From Octopus bimaculoides (Eukaryota), in the NCBI RefSeq assembly GCF_001194135.2, contig NC_068981.1:63189905-63249597 (forward strand): DNA of 59,693 bases, given 5' to 3'. The notes under the pieces are model-generated. The model had not been told where the DNA came from and ran no database searches. It saw nothing but the letters and a program-made list of their open reading frames with translations. How positions within the stretch are numbered: the stretch's first letter is position 1; every line of letters begins with the position of its first letter. The translations under genes and the position numbers were made by a program. Below, in pieces: positions 26,035-39,838 of this stretch.

Positions 26035-27884
26035 GGTGACAAACTGGCAGAATTGTTAGCATGCTGGATGAAATGCTTAGCAGTACTTTGCCCGCTGCTA
26101 AGTTCTGAGTTCAAATCCTGCTGAGGTCGACATTACCTTTCATTTTTTTGGGGGTCAATAAAATAAGGACCAGTCAAACCCTAGAGTCAATATAATCAAC
26201 TTACCTCCTCTCCCAGAATTGCTGGCTTTGTGCCAGAATTTGAAATCAATATTAGAAGTCATTATTATTAAGAGACAATAGATAAAATACCTTTGTGAAT
26301 TCAATATTTTTTCTTTATTGGCCACAAAGGCCAAACTCTTTAGTATCATTATTTAATGTATTTGAAGACAGACAACATCTAAAAAGATGCTTACTGGTTA
26401 TATCTTAAATATTTTTGATCATATGTCTCTTTGATCGAGATTAACCTTGGGCTAAACAACAATAGCAGCCAACTCATGAATGGTTCTAAAATGAGAGCTA
26501 CAAATTTTCTGATTGCTTGTCTTGTTGGTAGCAATTGTTGTTTCGCCCCCAAGCCAGCTTTGGTCAAGCAGACCTATAACAAGAGTGCTTCAACCATGAC
26601 CATCTCATCCCATTATATATGTCTCCAGGTGATATTATCTGAAGTCTATTTTTTTTTAAAGACAGTATGATGTAACTTAAGAAGGATTTGGTTACTACTT
26701 CTAGCTGTTTGAGTGTCCGCATAAAGGCTCTTTTGTTTTGTTAGCGGTAAAAGTTCATGAAATATCTCCCATCACCCTCTATTACTGAACCACTTTTATA
26801 TATCATTCATTTCACTTAATTAGGCTGATTACATTGCTATGTTACTTGTATGTTGCCACAGTAGCAGCAGCAGTCATAGATAACCCTGAAGAGCCAGGAT
26901 CAGTGATTGGAATGTTTCTGATCATAGGCCTGAGCTTAATCAAAGTTGACTTGGACTTAAACATCACAAACAACAAAAGATTTTACTTTCTCTTCCCATT
27001 TTTCTTTTCTGTCTTTCCTTTCTTTAAGGTCAGACTAACCTTTGATGAAAGAGTAGACTGTTCCTTGTGTTCATGAAAAGTAATAGTGGCTATAAAGAGA
27101 TGATTTATGGATTATAAATACAACCAGAGCATGATTAGTGTCATGTGCAATCCTAGTTTTATGAGAGGAGTCTTGATATCAAATACATCTTCAGATTGCT
27201 GTTTAACTCCAAGATCAGCTGTGATTGAAAAAATTTATAATAGAAGTAATTTAAACTGTGATCATTCAGTGTTTGTTTAAGGCCTAGTGTAACTGGGACG
27301 ACACTATCCATAGTGCATTTGTTTCTTATGCTTTTTAAGACATTTGGATGTTGTTAAAAGGTGTTGGGGGTTGGTTACTATTTCTAGCAGGTTGAGCAAC
27401 TAAGTAGAGTACAGTCTCTTTTTTGCTGAAGTTTCAGATATGTGCAGGATAGGTGACTATATACTGGTTTTAGTATGTTGTATGAAGAGATATATCATAT
27501 ATGATGGGTGAGGAAAAACACTAGTTGATGATTGTGAAAAAGAAAACTTACTGGAGTAATCTAAAGATTTGAAAAAAAAGTAAGACAGGGCAGACCTCAG
27601 GGCATTTGGCCTTATTAAAAAAAAGGGACATATGATTGAATAATGTAGGGAGGCATTTTATTACCCTTCCAGCTTATGTTAGCATAGATTAAAAATAAAC
27701 ATAAAACTAATTATTACTAAAGCAGTTCTATACTGTCAACTTAATGTGACAGTCCCAATAAGGGAATCATACTGCTGCTATTTAGCCCTATGAAGCTGGA
27801 CCGCTTCCTGTCGGCCTTGACACATTTCCTGTGTCCTTATGTTTGTGAGGGGAAGACAAGCACCTCGACCCAGCCTAGCCTGCA

Positions 27885-27927
27885 TTCAGGGACATGTTTC
27901 TGAGTCATTGCTCATCATCAGCCTGAA
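27885..27927 (-). ncRNA. Minimal type I hammerhead ribozyme (Penelope-like-element type)
   Basis: Minus strand: TTCAGG CTGATGA TGAG caatga CTCA GAA ACATGT C CCTGAA. This gives a 6-bp stem I, the complete CUGAUGA/GAAA core, a 4-bp stem II, a palindromic stem III and a GUC cleavage triplet. Confidence 0.8.
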
Positions 27928-28404
27928 GTAGCACAACCAGCTGGCTGAAGATGCCTGTCAACCTCTCACAAACATATATATTTCTAGTGAAAACACATTC
28001 ACTGATTACAAAAATTAGAAATGATCTAATTATAAATCTCACAGAGAGACTTAAGCAGCAGTGTTACGATAATTATTACTATCATCTAAGATATNNNNNN
28101 NNNNNNNNNNNNNNNNNNNNNNNNNNNNNNNNNNNNNNNNNNNNNNNNNNNNNNNNNNNNNNNNNNNNNNNNNNNNNNNNNNNNNNNNNNNNNNNNNNNN
28201 NNNNNNNNNNNNNNNNNNNNNNNNNNNNNNNNNNNNNNNNNNNNNNNNNNNNNNNNNNNNNNNNNNNNNNNNNNNNNNNNNNNNNNNNNNNNNNNNNNNN
28301 NNNNNNNNNNNNNNNNNNNNNNNNNNNNNNNNNNNNNNNNNNNNNNNNNNNNNNNNNNNNNNNNNNNNNNNNNNNNNNNNNNNNNNNNNNNNNNNNNNNN
28401 NNNN

Positions 28405-28680
28405 GGTGTCACAGTGAGGATCTGATCGAAGACTTTGCTTTAAAAAAAAGATTAAAAAAAAGATTGGAGAAAACTTTTCAAATATAAAGTGGAAGTATAC
28501 AGGTGGAAGTATACAAGTGGAAGTATACAAAAGTAAACATTATTTTCCGTCTCACTATTAGTTTTGTTTCATTTTAAAAACTAAAAATTTATTTTATGGT
28601 TTATTATTGTTTATATTTTGAATTACATATACATAGGGGCACCAAAATCTTAGGGCCTCTATGGCTCTTAATCCAACTCT
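28405..28680 (+). mobile_element. Terminal fragment of a probable hAT-type DNA transposon
   Basis: Shares about 270 bp with 30587-31180 in inverted orientation; the end CTCTTAATCCAACTCT resembles CAGGGCCGGATTAAG-type TIRs. Confidence 0.45.
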
Positions 28681-30586
28681 ACTTTCAATAACTTTGTTGA
28701 ACGAAATAAAGACAATCAAATTTTTCAACCTAATTAAGCAAGTTCAAATATTATGCTATGTATTAAACAACCTTAATTATGACAGAATGAGACAATTGGG
28801 CACAGCTGTTTGGATGCTGGTAATTTGGCATGGCTGACTAGATGCTGAATATGTTTTAGTAACTTTTTGGCACTGGAGGTAAATACAGATGCACATGTAC
28901 ATGAGCTGAACATGCTTCTCTCTCACTCGCTTTCTCTCTGTCTCTTTTTCTTTTCCATGTTTCATTAATATTTCTCTGCTTCATAAAGTGAAGCAGAAAG
29001 TTAAATGAAATTTAATAGTTGTGATTACAAGTTAGTTGTCAATTAGAATGAAAAGCAAAATTTCCACAGTGCCAAAAGTTCTTGTGGACAAAGCGTCTCA
29101 TGTTAAACAAGTCAGCATTGAAGTGGCAGTGTCAAATGGGCAGCACCAAAATGACTGTGCCAAAATGCCTCCTACCCTAATCATGGAATGAAGCTGAAAA
29201 CATAATTGATGTATATGCATTAAAATAGAAATAAAAAGATTTACCAAATGGGAAATTAATTACTACAGGACTCATTAATATTTTGGTAAAACCATAGTTT
29301 CAGAAATAATCATAGCATGAAACTAATTACTGTTATCGTTATAATTTGAGTGAAAGCTTGAGTAATAATGATAACACACATGTTAAAGAAGTGGGATACA
29401 GTGGAATGCGATGGAGGCTTTGTTAGTATTTAAAAGTTGTCTTCGTCATTTAACCTTGTAGAATAAATAAAAGAGCAATAAAACTATAAGGTGTCATTTT
29501 AAAGGTCTTAAAATTATAAGGTTAGCTGCTATTTCTAGCAGGTTGAGCAACTATCAATTGGGCAATAAAATATGTGTGGTTAAGAAGCTCAGAAGCTTAC
29601 TTAGCAGCCATGCAGTTTTAGGTTCAGTCCCACTGCATGGCACCTTTGGCAAGTGTCTTCTATTACAGCTCTGGGCTGACCAATGCCTTGTGAGTGAATT
29701 TGGTAGATGGAAACTGGATTGAAGCCTATTGTGTGTGTGTGTGTGTCGTTGTTTTTGTTTATATCCTCATAACTTAGCAGTTTGGCAAAAGAGATCTATA
29801 GATTACTGAAAAATAAGTACTGGAAATATTTTTTTCAACTAAACCCTTCAAGGTGGTGCCCCAGGATGGTCACAGTCCAATGACTGAAAGAAGTAAAAGG
29901 TAAAAGGCAAAACATACGTGACTTTTAAATTATTTAAAATAAGATTATCTGCTTTGCTTATCCTTAGTAAGATTTACTGTATCAATTGATGTTCCCCATT
30001 CAGTTTGTATTTACAGGTCAGATATGATATTCAATTACCAGCTCAAAGGTCTTGAGTTTAAATACACTGAAAGTTTCTTGTTTATTTCAGCAATTTATAT
30101 TTTGATTACCGTTGGGTAGTCCTAGATCAGTTCTAACCAAGCAGACCTATGGTATGTAGGCAACTGGTTGAATGCTAAACTGTGAACCATAGAATCCAGT
30201 TTCTCAGTTATCCTGTCTCAAGTTGACAGAATTTGTGTATCGGATAGACTGCTTTGCAGTATTAGATTTGGATCATTTTGCAAGGAGTTCAAATCCTATC
30301 TAGGTCAACTTTACCTTTTTGTCCCTTTCAAGGTTCATCATCATTGTTTTAACATCCACTTTTCCAATACTTGTATGGGTTGGATTGAATATGTTGGGGT
30401 AAGTTTTCCACAGCTGAATGCTCTTCCTGTTACCAACCCGTACCTGTTTCCTCCCATGATCATCCAGTATTTTCTATCTGTCAGATACATAGATGCAGCT
30501 AAAGCTGCTTAGTAAATAGGTGCAGCAATGGATGATTGATTAAGAAGTTTACTCTGCAGCCATGTGGCTTAACATTGAGTCCTGTT

Positions 30587-31180
30587 CAGGGTCAGACTAA
30601 GACTCTTAGAAGTCCTAAGCACTTTAAAGATTTTGGTACCCCCATATATATGTAATTCAGGGCGTCATGTAAGATGCACTTGTGCTGGTGCTATGTAAAC
30701 ACACCCATGCAGGTGGCATGTAAAAAGCATCAAGCACACTCTGTAAAATGGCTAGCATTAGGAAGGGCATCCAGTTGTAGAAACCATGTCACAACAGACA
30801 ATTTGGAATCTGGACAGCTCCCTGGTTGGCTAGCACCTGTCAAACTGTCCAACCCATACCAGCATGGAAAATGGACATTAAACTATTATGAGGATAATGA
30901 TGACGAAACAATAATAAACCATAAAATATATTAACAAAGTTAACAGCGAGATGGAAAATAATGTTTATTTTTGTATACCTCCACTTTATTTATATTTGAA
31001 GTTTTCTCTTTTTCTTTTCTCTTTTTGATTGCAAAGTCTTTGATCAGATCCTCATTGTGACACCACAAACACTTTGAGATTATATTTCTGATCATATAAA
31101 CTACTTTGAATTTTAGTTTAGCAAGTTTAAAGTGATTTCTTTTGTGTCGTAAACCATTTACCATTTCTGTGATGCTCCCC
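30587..31180 (-). mobile_element. Second copy of the same DNA-transposon end, interrupted by an RTE tail (about 30660-30905)
   Basis: Begins CAGGGTCAGACTAAGACTCTTAG; the reverse complement aligns to 28405-28680 on both sides of the insert. Confidence 0.5.
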
Positions 31181-32112
31181 ACACATCCCTTGATGACCTA
31201 ACCTAAGCATGTGCTTATTTTGCTTAATGGTTAATCCAGTGCTGTTCCTGCTGCATGTTACATGGGTCAGGTCTTCTTCTATAGCCTCAGGCTGGCCAAT
31301 CCCTTGTGAATGGATTTGACTGGCAGAAACTGGAGGGAGCTTGTCATATATAATCTTCATTGTTTTAATGTCTAATTTCCCATGCTTGCATAGGTTGGAT
31401 GGAATTTGTTGATGTGAATTTTTCTATGGCTGGATTCTCCTCATGTTGCCAACTTTTATCTGTTTCCAAGTAAAGTAATATTTCCTCGTGGTCAGATATA
31501 TTTTCAGGGAACTTTGGAGACAGAAGACACTGCTTACATAACAGTGATGCTTGTTTGCAACCATCATATGATGTCTAGACAAAAGCGTGTATGTGTGTGC
31601 ACACGAGTGCACACACACACACGCACACACCCCCATTTATACAATGTTTCTTTCAGTTTTCATCTACCAAATCCACTCATAAGGCTTTGATTAACATAGA
31701 GATATAGTTAATCAAGATTCTTGTTCATGATGCCACACATCAAGACCATGTAGGCATGTCTTCTATAGCACTGGGCCAACCAATACCTTGTGAATGAATT
31801 TAGTAGACAAAATCTGTATGGAAACCTCTGTATGTGTGTGTGTGGAGCAGAAGTATGAATGCTACTCACCCTGGTGAAGAGGATCAGCCTCCAAGAGTCC
31901 TGTTCTGGTGCTACATAAAAAGTGCTCATGCTGGTGTCATGTAAAAGCATCCAGAATGCACTGTAAAGTGGTTGGCATTAGGAAGGGCATGTGGCCATAG
32001 AAACCAGGCCAAATCAGACTGGACCCTGGTGCAGCTCTCCAGCTTGCCAGCTCTGGTCAAACTGTCCAACTCATGTCAACATGGACAAGAGACGTTAAAT
32101 GATGATAATATA

Positions 32113-33325
32113 AATGGTACGATGAGTAAATTGTCTAAATTACGCAAAAATGAAAATAACTCTGACATCTAATTATTACAGATATATTTACCAAAATTAC
32201 ATAAAAATATCTTGAAATACTAAAGAGTAAATTTATTCAATAAAATCGCCATCGGCTTAAACCACAGCCTCCAGATGACTTCAGCATCTCCTGCAACTTT
32301 TCTGAACAGTCTCCTTGTTCAAGTTAGTGAATACTGCCATAATCCTTGCCTTCAGTTCGTCTTTGGTGTTACAAGGAGTTTTGTTGGTCTCTCTCTCAAC
32401 TGTACCCCACACATAATAATCAAGGGACTTGCAGTCTGTGGTCACAGAAAATGTCTGACAACACGACTGGGTTCTCCTACTTGTGTGGCATGGTGCAGGG
32501 TCCTGTTGCCAGACATAGGACCTTCCAGCAGCCATCCTCTTGACCCAGGGCAGCACTACCTCCTCTAGGCAGTTAATGTAGGCCTCTGTGTTGAGTCTGA
32601 GGTTGTGTGGGAAGATGAATGAAGGCATAACATTGCCATCACTAGTGATCACTCCAAACACCATGATGTTTGATTTCCATCACTCTCGGTACATGTTTTG
32701 GGGATATGGCAAGCCAACGGTTGTTCTGTGTGTTCACCATTTGATCCTGGCAGAAACTTCTCTTGTCTGAGAAAAAACAAAGCATATTCAGTTGGAGGGG
32801 ATGCTTGAGCTTGTTCAAAAGCTTTGTAGCATGATCTTTCGTCTTGTCCTTGATGGCTTGGGATAAAAATTGGCCCTTTCTCATCTTGTATGATAAGAAA
32901 CTCAGACGCTCCCATGTCACTGGCGATTGACCTGAGGGATTATTGTCAATCATGGCCTGGACTTCACCAACAAATTCAAGAGTTTTTTTCTTATCAGAAT
33001 GATCAGAGTGAGTTTTCCAAGCTGCTGTACTTTTCTAATCACCATTAGACTCATCCAACTCTTTCCAAATCCTCTGCACTGTCCTTGGATTGACACTCAA
33101 ACACTCTGAAATGCTTGTATTGGAGCTTCCGGCATGAATACCAAGCAGTACAGCATGTCATTTCCAAATTTCTGGCAAAGTGAATTGCATCATGGTGCTG
33201 TTTTTCCCACAGATGGTGCCCAACTGACTCTACTATACTGAGCAGTCGACAAAATCAAAAACAAACAATGCAAACGCGTGAAATTAAAAAATATAAAATG
33301 GCAACAATTTAGCCATCGCACCCTA
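32113..33325 (-). mobile_element. Near-full-length degenerate Tc1/mariner (maT/DD37D-like) transposon
   Basis: Imperfect TIRs (TA)AATGGTACGATGAGTAAATTGTC and GCAACAATTTAGCCATCGCACCCTA(TA); minus frames FFSDK..FCQDQMVNTQNNRWLA, MVFGVITSDG.VMP.FIFP...YVWQQDPAPCHTS, LDYYVWGTVE. Confidence 0.85.
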
Positions 33326-35846
33326 TATAAATGTATATGGTGTGTGTTTTTGTTCATCTTTCATGACTGTCATTGCTTTATTTATGTGTCTGTAACTTAG
33401 TGGTACAACAAAAATAGACTGATAGAATAAGCACCAGATTTAGAAATAAGTACTGGTGTTGACTTGCTTCACTAAATCCTTCAAGATGGTGCCTCCACAA
33501 ATATATTTTATTCAACACTGCTTTGCTTTGTGTAACTATTTAATTTTAACTTGAACAAGCTTTACACACATCAGAAAATGTTTCATATGCTGTTCTAATA
33601 TAAGAAAAATGAATTTGTTCTTATCAGGCTGTGAATAATAAATTTGGTGTTTATAGGTAATGATGTGAAAGAATGCAGAAACGCATGTGTCCTACAGCCC
33701 AGTGCTATCATTCACAGACCAATGTGTTTTCAAACATATCTTCTAGGAGAAGAATTTCTTGCCATGATTGTTTCCACAGTGGAAGGTCTCTCTATATTTA
33801 AGTGTCCTCAAGTGTGTTAAATATGACTTTATTCAAGTATATTTTATTCAATGCTGTTTTGTGTGACTTTATGTATGTAGTGAGGAAAAGACAACATTAA
33901 CTGAATGGTTAATATTATTTTGATGATTTTTCTAAATATGTGGAGTTTATATTCATAAATTCGAAATGTTCTAGTCTTATTAAACCGTTTCAGTAAAGCC
34001 TTGTAAAATGCACTCATGCCTGTGCCATGTAAAATGCACACATGCCCATGCCACGTAAAATGCAGTCATGCTGGTGCTATGTAAGTGCACCCATGCCAGT
34101 GGCATGTAAAAGTACCCAACACACTCTGTGAAGTAGTTGTTGAAAATATGCTAAAACAGACAATTGGAGCCTGAACAGCTCTTTGGCTGGCCAGCTCCTG
34201 TCAAACCATCTAACCCATGCCAGCATGGAAAACAAAGCTTAAACAATGATGATGGTGATGGTAAGTCCAACTAAAATTCTTCAATGTGGTGCTTCAGCAT
34301 GGTTGCAGTCTAATAACAGAAACAAGTAAAAGATATAGAAGGGAATATAGAAGGGAGTCCTTAGGGATTATGTTTGACAGCTATGAAGGGAAATTGGTTT
34401 AACTAGTTCCTGGAACACAGTTATGAGTTGTTTGTGTTTGGATTACTTTTGGGACTACAAGACATCACAAAGTAGTTTGATGCACCATTCATCTTCATGC
34501 TTAGTTGCTGTTGTTTAATTTCAGGTGAACCCTAAATAAGCAGGCTCTATAATCAAAGGCGTCCCAGCCAAGAGCATCTTGTCCTTTTTTTTTTTCCAAG
34601 CATAGCCATAGAAACCATACCAAAGTAGACCTCACCATGCCAAAACAAACAGTGGAACTTACCAGCTCCTGTCAAACCGCCCAACCCATGCTAGCATGAA
34701 AGACAAACCTTACATGATGATGATGTTGATGAGTGAATAGGACTTCATTATCCGTTCTAACATTTTATTTTTATCACAGACAGATATGTGAGATCTGGCT
34801 GCTATTTCTAACAGGTTGGACAACCTCATACAGCCTTGATTTTTTTTATGGCTTTAGTTGTGAATTGCCTGCCCAAGAAACACTATCTGTCAAAAAAACA
34901 AATTTCAATGGAGATCTGGAAAATCCAATAACTCTCATACCACTGAATTAGAATTTGTTTGACGTGGTTTTATTTTGTAAGCAAAAACATTTTGCTATGG
35001 GTGAGTGCAAACACGTCATAAATTGTGACAGAAATAGATTGATGACTAATGTTAGTCACATAAGGAAACATGTATTCTATTGAATGCCTTGTGTGTATGA
35101 GTGATTAATATGAATGTTTCAAGGAAGAAATTTAAAGTAATAGTCAAATTAACTCTCCACCGTCAGAGTATAAAAATAGTTGGGTTTTTCTGTTTTCATA
35201 TGTAGAGAGCATGGCTGTGTGGTAAAAAGTTTGCTTCTCAGCCACATGGTTTTGTGTTCAGTCTTATTGTGTGGCACCTTGGGCAGGTGTCTTCAACTAT
35301 AACCCCTTGGCTGACCAAAGTCTCATAAGTGGATTTGGTAGACAGAAACTGAAAAAAGGCGGTGAGCTGGCAGAAACATTAGCACGCCAGGCGAAATGCT
35401 CAGCGGTATTTTGTCTGCCAGTACGTTCTGAGTTCAACATCTGCCGAGGTTGATTTTGCCTTTCATCCTTTCGGGGTCGATAAATTAAGTACCAGTTATG
35501 CACTGGGGTCGATGTAATCGACTTAATCCCTTTGTTTGTCCCCTCTATGTTTAGCCCCTTGTGAGCAAAAAAAAAAAAAAAAAAAANNNNNNNNNNNNNN
35601 NNNNNNNNNNNNNNNNNNNNNNNNNNNNNNNNNNNNNNNNNNNNNNNNNNNNNNNNNNNNNNNNNNNNNNNNNNNNNNNNNNNNNNNNNNNNNNNNNNNN
35701 NNNNNNNNNNNNNNNNNNNNNNNNNNNNNNNNNNNNNAATAATTGAGAAACGTCTAATTATATAAGGGAAAAAATTTTCAGAAAAGCCATTTCTGTGTAT
35801 TTTTACAAATATAAAAAATGTACTAAGGACTTTCTATTTTTAATTC

Positions 35847-35894
<48 letters not shown>

Positions 35895-37318
35895 CTGTTT
35901 CTCCACTACTTGGCAACTGGTGTTGGTTTGTTTACCTTCCCTTAACTTAGAAGTTCAGCAAAAAAATCAATAAAACGAGTGCCAAACTTAATAAAAACAA
36001 AAACAAAACAAAGTACTAGGGTCAGTTCGTTTGAGTAAAACCTTCAATGTGGTGCCCCAGCATGGCCGCAGTCCAATGACTGAAACAAACAATAAAAGGT
36101 AAAAGATGTGCAATATCAAAAACATAATTTAACTATTTATTAATATTTTTTCTAATATAGACGCAAGGGTCAGCAGTTTTGAGGGCAAGGATTCCAGTAC
36201 TTAACTGTTAATTTATTTTATTGATCTCCTCCTTTTTTCAGAAGGATGAAAGGCAAAATTACCCTCAACAGGTTTTGAACTCAAAATTTAACCCTTTAGC
36301 ATTTAAACTAGCCAGATGTAGCTTCTCACACTTATCCTACAATGCCATTCTGAAGAGATACAACCACATCATTGAAATCTTGAAGCTACAAGGTATTACA
36401 TGATTAATTCAAAATAATGGTTCCAGATTTTGGCACAAGGCCAGCAATTTCAAGGTGTGGGGAATAAGTCAATTAGACTGACCCCAGAGTTCAACTGGTA
36501 CTTATGTTATCAACCCTGAAAGGATGAAAGGCAAAGTTGACCTTGGCAGAATTTGAACTCAGAACATAAAAATGAACAAAATGCAGTTAAACATTTTGCC
36601 TGATGTGCTAACGATTCAGCCAACCACCCTGATTAATTCAAATCAATTAGATCGATCCCAGTACGTAACTGGTACTTAATTTATCGACCCCAAAAGGATG
36701 AAAGGCAAAGTCGAACTTGGCGATATTTGAATTCAGAACGTAAAGACAGACGAAATAGCTAAGTAGTTTTTCTGACAATCTAATGATTCTGCCCATCTAC
36801 TGCTTTTGTGCCAATCCACCAATGCTAGACCAAAAAATCAAAAAGGTCAATGGTTGTTGAATCACTACCAAGTTAACTGTATTGGTATTTCTCTTTTTTA
36901 ATTCTTATATTTCGGTATGGTCATTTTTTTACTTGCCAAATAAACACACTCACTATATATTAATTTTTCGCTCGTTTATTATTGTTCTTACTAGTTGGCC
37001 CTGTGCCATCAAAAATGATGGCTAATTGTAGTATTTTGTATATGAATATGGATGGTAAATCAAATTAATACACTTGTCAATGTTATCTAGTGGTTGTCTT
37101 TTGAGATGTGACATTGATCATCGTCTGTTACTGAAAGAACGCTGGTTCACACATACAAACATTCACATACTTCCCTTGTACATGCACACACATACAAGCA
37201 TATACTCACACAGAGTTTGAATTTTCGTTTCAGTGTTGAATGTTCACCATCCTACTTCCATTGTACACACAGACACAGACACATTCACATACCTCCCTTT
37301 TACATACACACACATGTA

Positions 37319-37712
37319 GGCGCAGGAGTGGCTGTGTGGTAAGTAGCTTGCTTACCAACCACATGGTTCCGGGTTCATTCCTACCTTGGGCAAGTGTCTT
37401 CTACTATAGCCTCGGGCTGACCAAAGCCTTGTGAGTGGATTTGGTAGACGGAAACTGAAAGAAGCATGTTGTATATATATATATATATATGTGTGTGTAT
37501 GTGTTTGTGTGTCTGTGTTTGTCCCCCCAACATCGCTTGACAACCGATGGTGGTGCGTTTATGTCCCTGTAACTTAGTGGTTCAGCAAAAGACCGATAGA
37601 ATAAGTACTAAGCATCCAAAGAATAAGTCATGGGGTTGATTTTCTCGACTAAAAGGCGGTGCTCCAGCATGGCCGCAGTAAAATGACTGAAACAAGTAAA
37701 AGAGTAAAAGAG
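37319..37712 (+). mobile_element. Full-length young SINE-A copy
   Basis: GGCGCAGGAGTGGCTGTGTGGTAAGTAGC... through ...GACTGAAACAAGTAAAAGAGTAAAAGAG; retains many CpGs. Confidence 0.85.
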
Positions 37713-38790
37713 TATATACTCAAAGTTGAAACACTCCCACTACCATTTTGCTATCACCCCTTCCTCTCTCATTCATATGTTTTGACAGAAAAACACAAGA
37801 GTATTATTATTGTAGATTTTTATCTTATGTCCATTGTCTGGAAATCTTTTGTCACATATCTGTGACCTCTTCAGTATCTCTTCCATCCCACATGTATCCT
37901 CCTGTTTTGTTTAATCCAGCCTGTCTTTCATTTTTTTAAATTCCATTAGTGCATATGTAAGGTGTTGAAATAGCTGACCCATTAGTACATTGGACAACAT
38001 ATCTTGCAGTATTGAATCTGGGCTCTATGTTTTGAGTTCAAATTATACAGAGATCAACTTTTCCTTTCAGCCTTTCAGAACTTAATCAGCTCTGAATGTA
38101 TTGGGTTTCACACATTCTTCTTCTCTGTCTGTCTGTCTGTCTGTCTGTCTCTGTCTTTCTGTGTGTGTGTGTCTCACATTGTCACCAGGTTTATATACAC
38201 ACAACACTGTATGTCACACCTGTACCTCTACAACAGCATCCATCAGGTGTTGAAAATCCAAGGGAAGTGTGTGACTGGTAGCAATTGCATAGATGATAGA
38301 GATAGAGACACTATGTACTCACTTGACCTGCTACAAATAGCGACCAAGTTGCCCTCATGTCATTCCATACCGTCTTCAAATATGGAGGCATTGTACCTAT
38401 CCATGCCTGGAATGCTCTCCTCTCCAAAAGGGAAATGGTCTTTGATCATTGGTTTGTTCTGTTAGAACTGATCCTGGGGCTAAACTATAATAGCAACAAT
38501 TTAATCTTTTCTACAAAAGTGTTGACCTGCCTTGCCTGAAGAGATCAGTGATCATATGTTGATGACACAGATTACATTTTACAAACACACACACACACGT
38601 TACAGACACCTAATAAGTACACATGATGTGCAGACACACTACATGCTCACATACCACACACATATACCATATACAAACTGACAGAGACAGATAGAATGTA
38701 AAGAAGCCGATGAGAGTTTAAGAAGGTTCAAATATTTTATTGTGTATTTCAGGAAAATAAAAACTTTCATTGAATAATATTTTATTCAAG

Positions 38791-38792
<2 letters not shown>

Positions 38793-38875
<83 letters not shown>
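38793..38875. repeat. (CT)n microsatellite
   Basis: Perfect dinucleotide run followed by (CA)n. Confidence 0.95.
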
Positions 38876-38887
<12 letters not shown>

Positions 38888-39838
38888 TCGTATATATACA
38901 TATGTATGTTGTTTATGTCATTTATTTTTAGAGACTTTTAGAGAATGTGAAATAATTTGTTTTTAGGTGCAGAACATGAAGTAGACAAAAGTATAAATTA
39001 TATAAATTCCTTCTTTATTTACTGACACTCTGTCTGTTGGTTATGATGATGCATGTTCCAGTTAATTTGATCACCGGAATAGTTTGCTTGTGAAATGAAT
39101 GTACAAATGGTTGAGTACTCCACAGATGCGCATGCCCTTAACAGTGTGGCCCTTCAAAATATAGGTGCAACTCATTTTTGCCTGTTGAGTGGACTGGAGC
39201 AATGGGTAATAAAGTGTCTTGCTCAAAGACACAATACATTGCTAGGAATCGAACTCATGACTTTATGATCATAAGCTGAATACCTAATCACTAAGCCACA
39301 TGCTTTCACATATAAATCCCTATATAAGTAAATAACATACAAAAAGTTTTTTAACCTAATATTTACATGCTATTATAACTTAATATACTTTGAGTTCTAC
39401 AGCTAGAAATTATATATATATATATATATATATGCTTTTATATAAGGTTAGTTGAGTTAGAGGTTAAAATAACTGTCTAAGGGATACAAGTACCCATTAT
39501 GCTACCAGTATATTACCTATGTTTCACCATGGATGTACATATGCAAACATATTATGGTCATAAGTTATAGGTAAAGACAAGGATAAGCATGGGTCTATCA
39601 AGCATCAAAATTTAAAGAAAACAGAAAATGGATAAGTACTGATTAACAACAATTGACTTACATCAATTATTATTTATTAATTCAATGCAAACAGACTGCA
39701 TTCCATCTAATAGCTGTTTCTGTTTCCAGTGTGATATGGTATTGCCATTGATGCTCAAAATATGTAAACTATTAATCATATTTGGTAATAAAACCAATCT
39801 GAAACAAGGAGCTTCATCATATTTGCACATGCTTGTAT

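Noticed and set aside
33657-33820. Acceptor-like TTTATAG followed by about 54 open codons
   Set aside because: The peptide resembles nothing I recognise and no partner exons were found.
33998-34122. Repeat array considered as CRISPR-like
   Set aside because: Units are contiguous without unique spacers, lie in a LINE 3' UTR, and the genome is eukaryotic.
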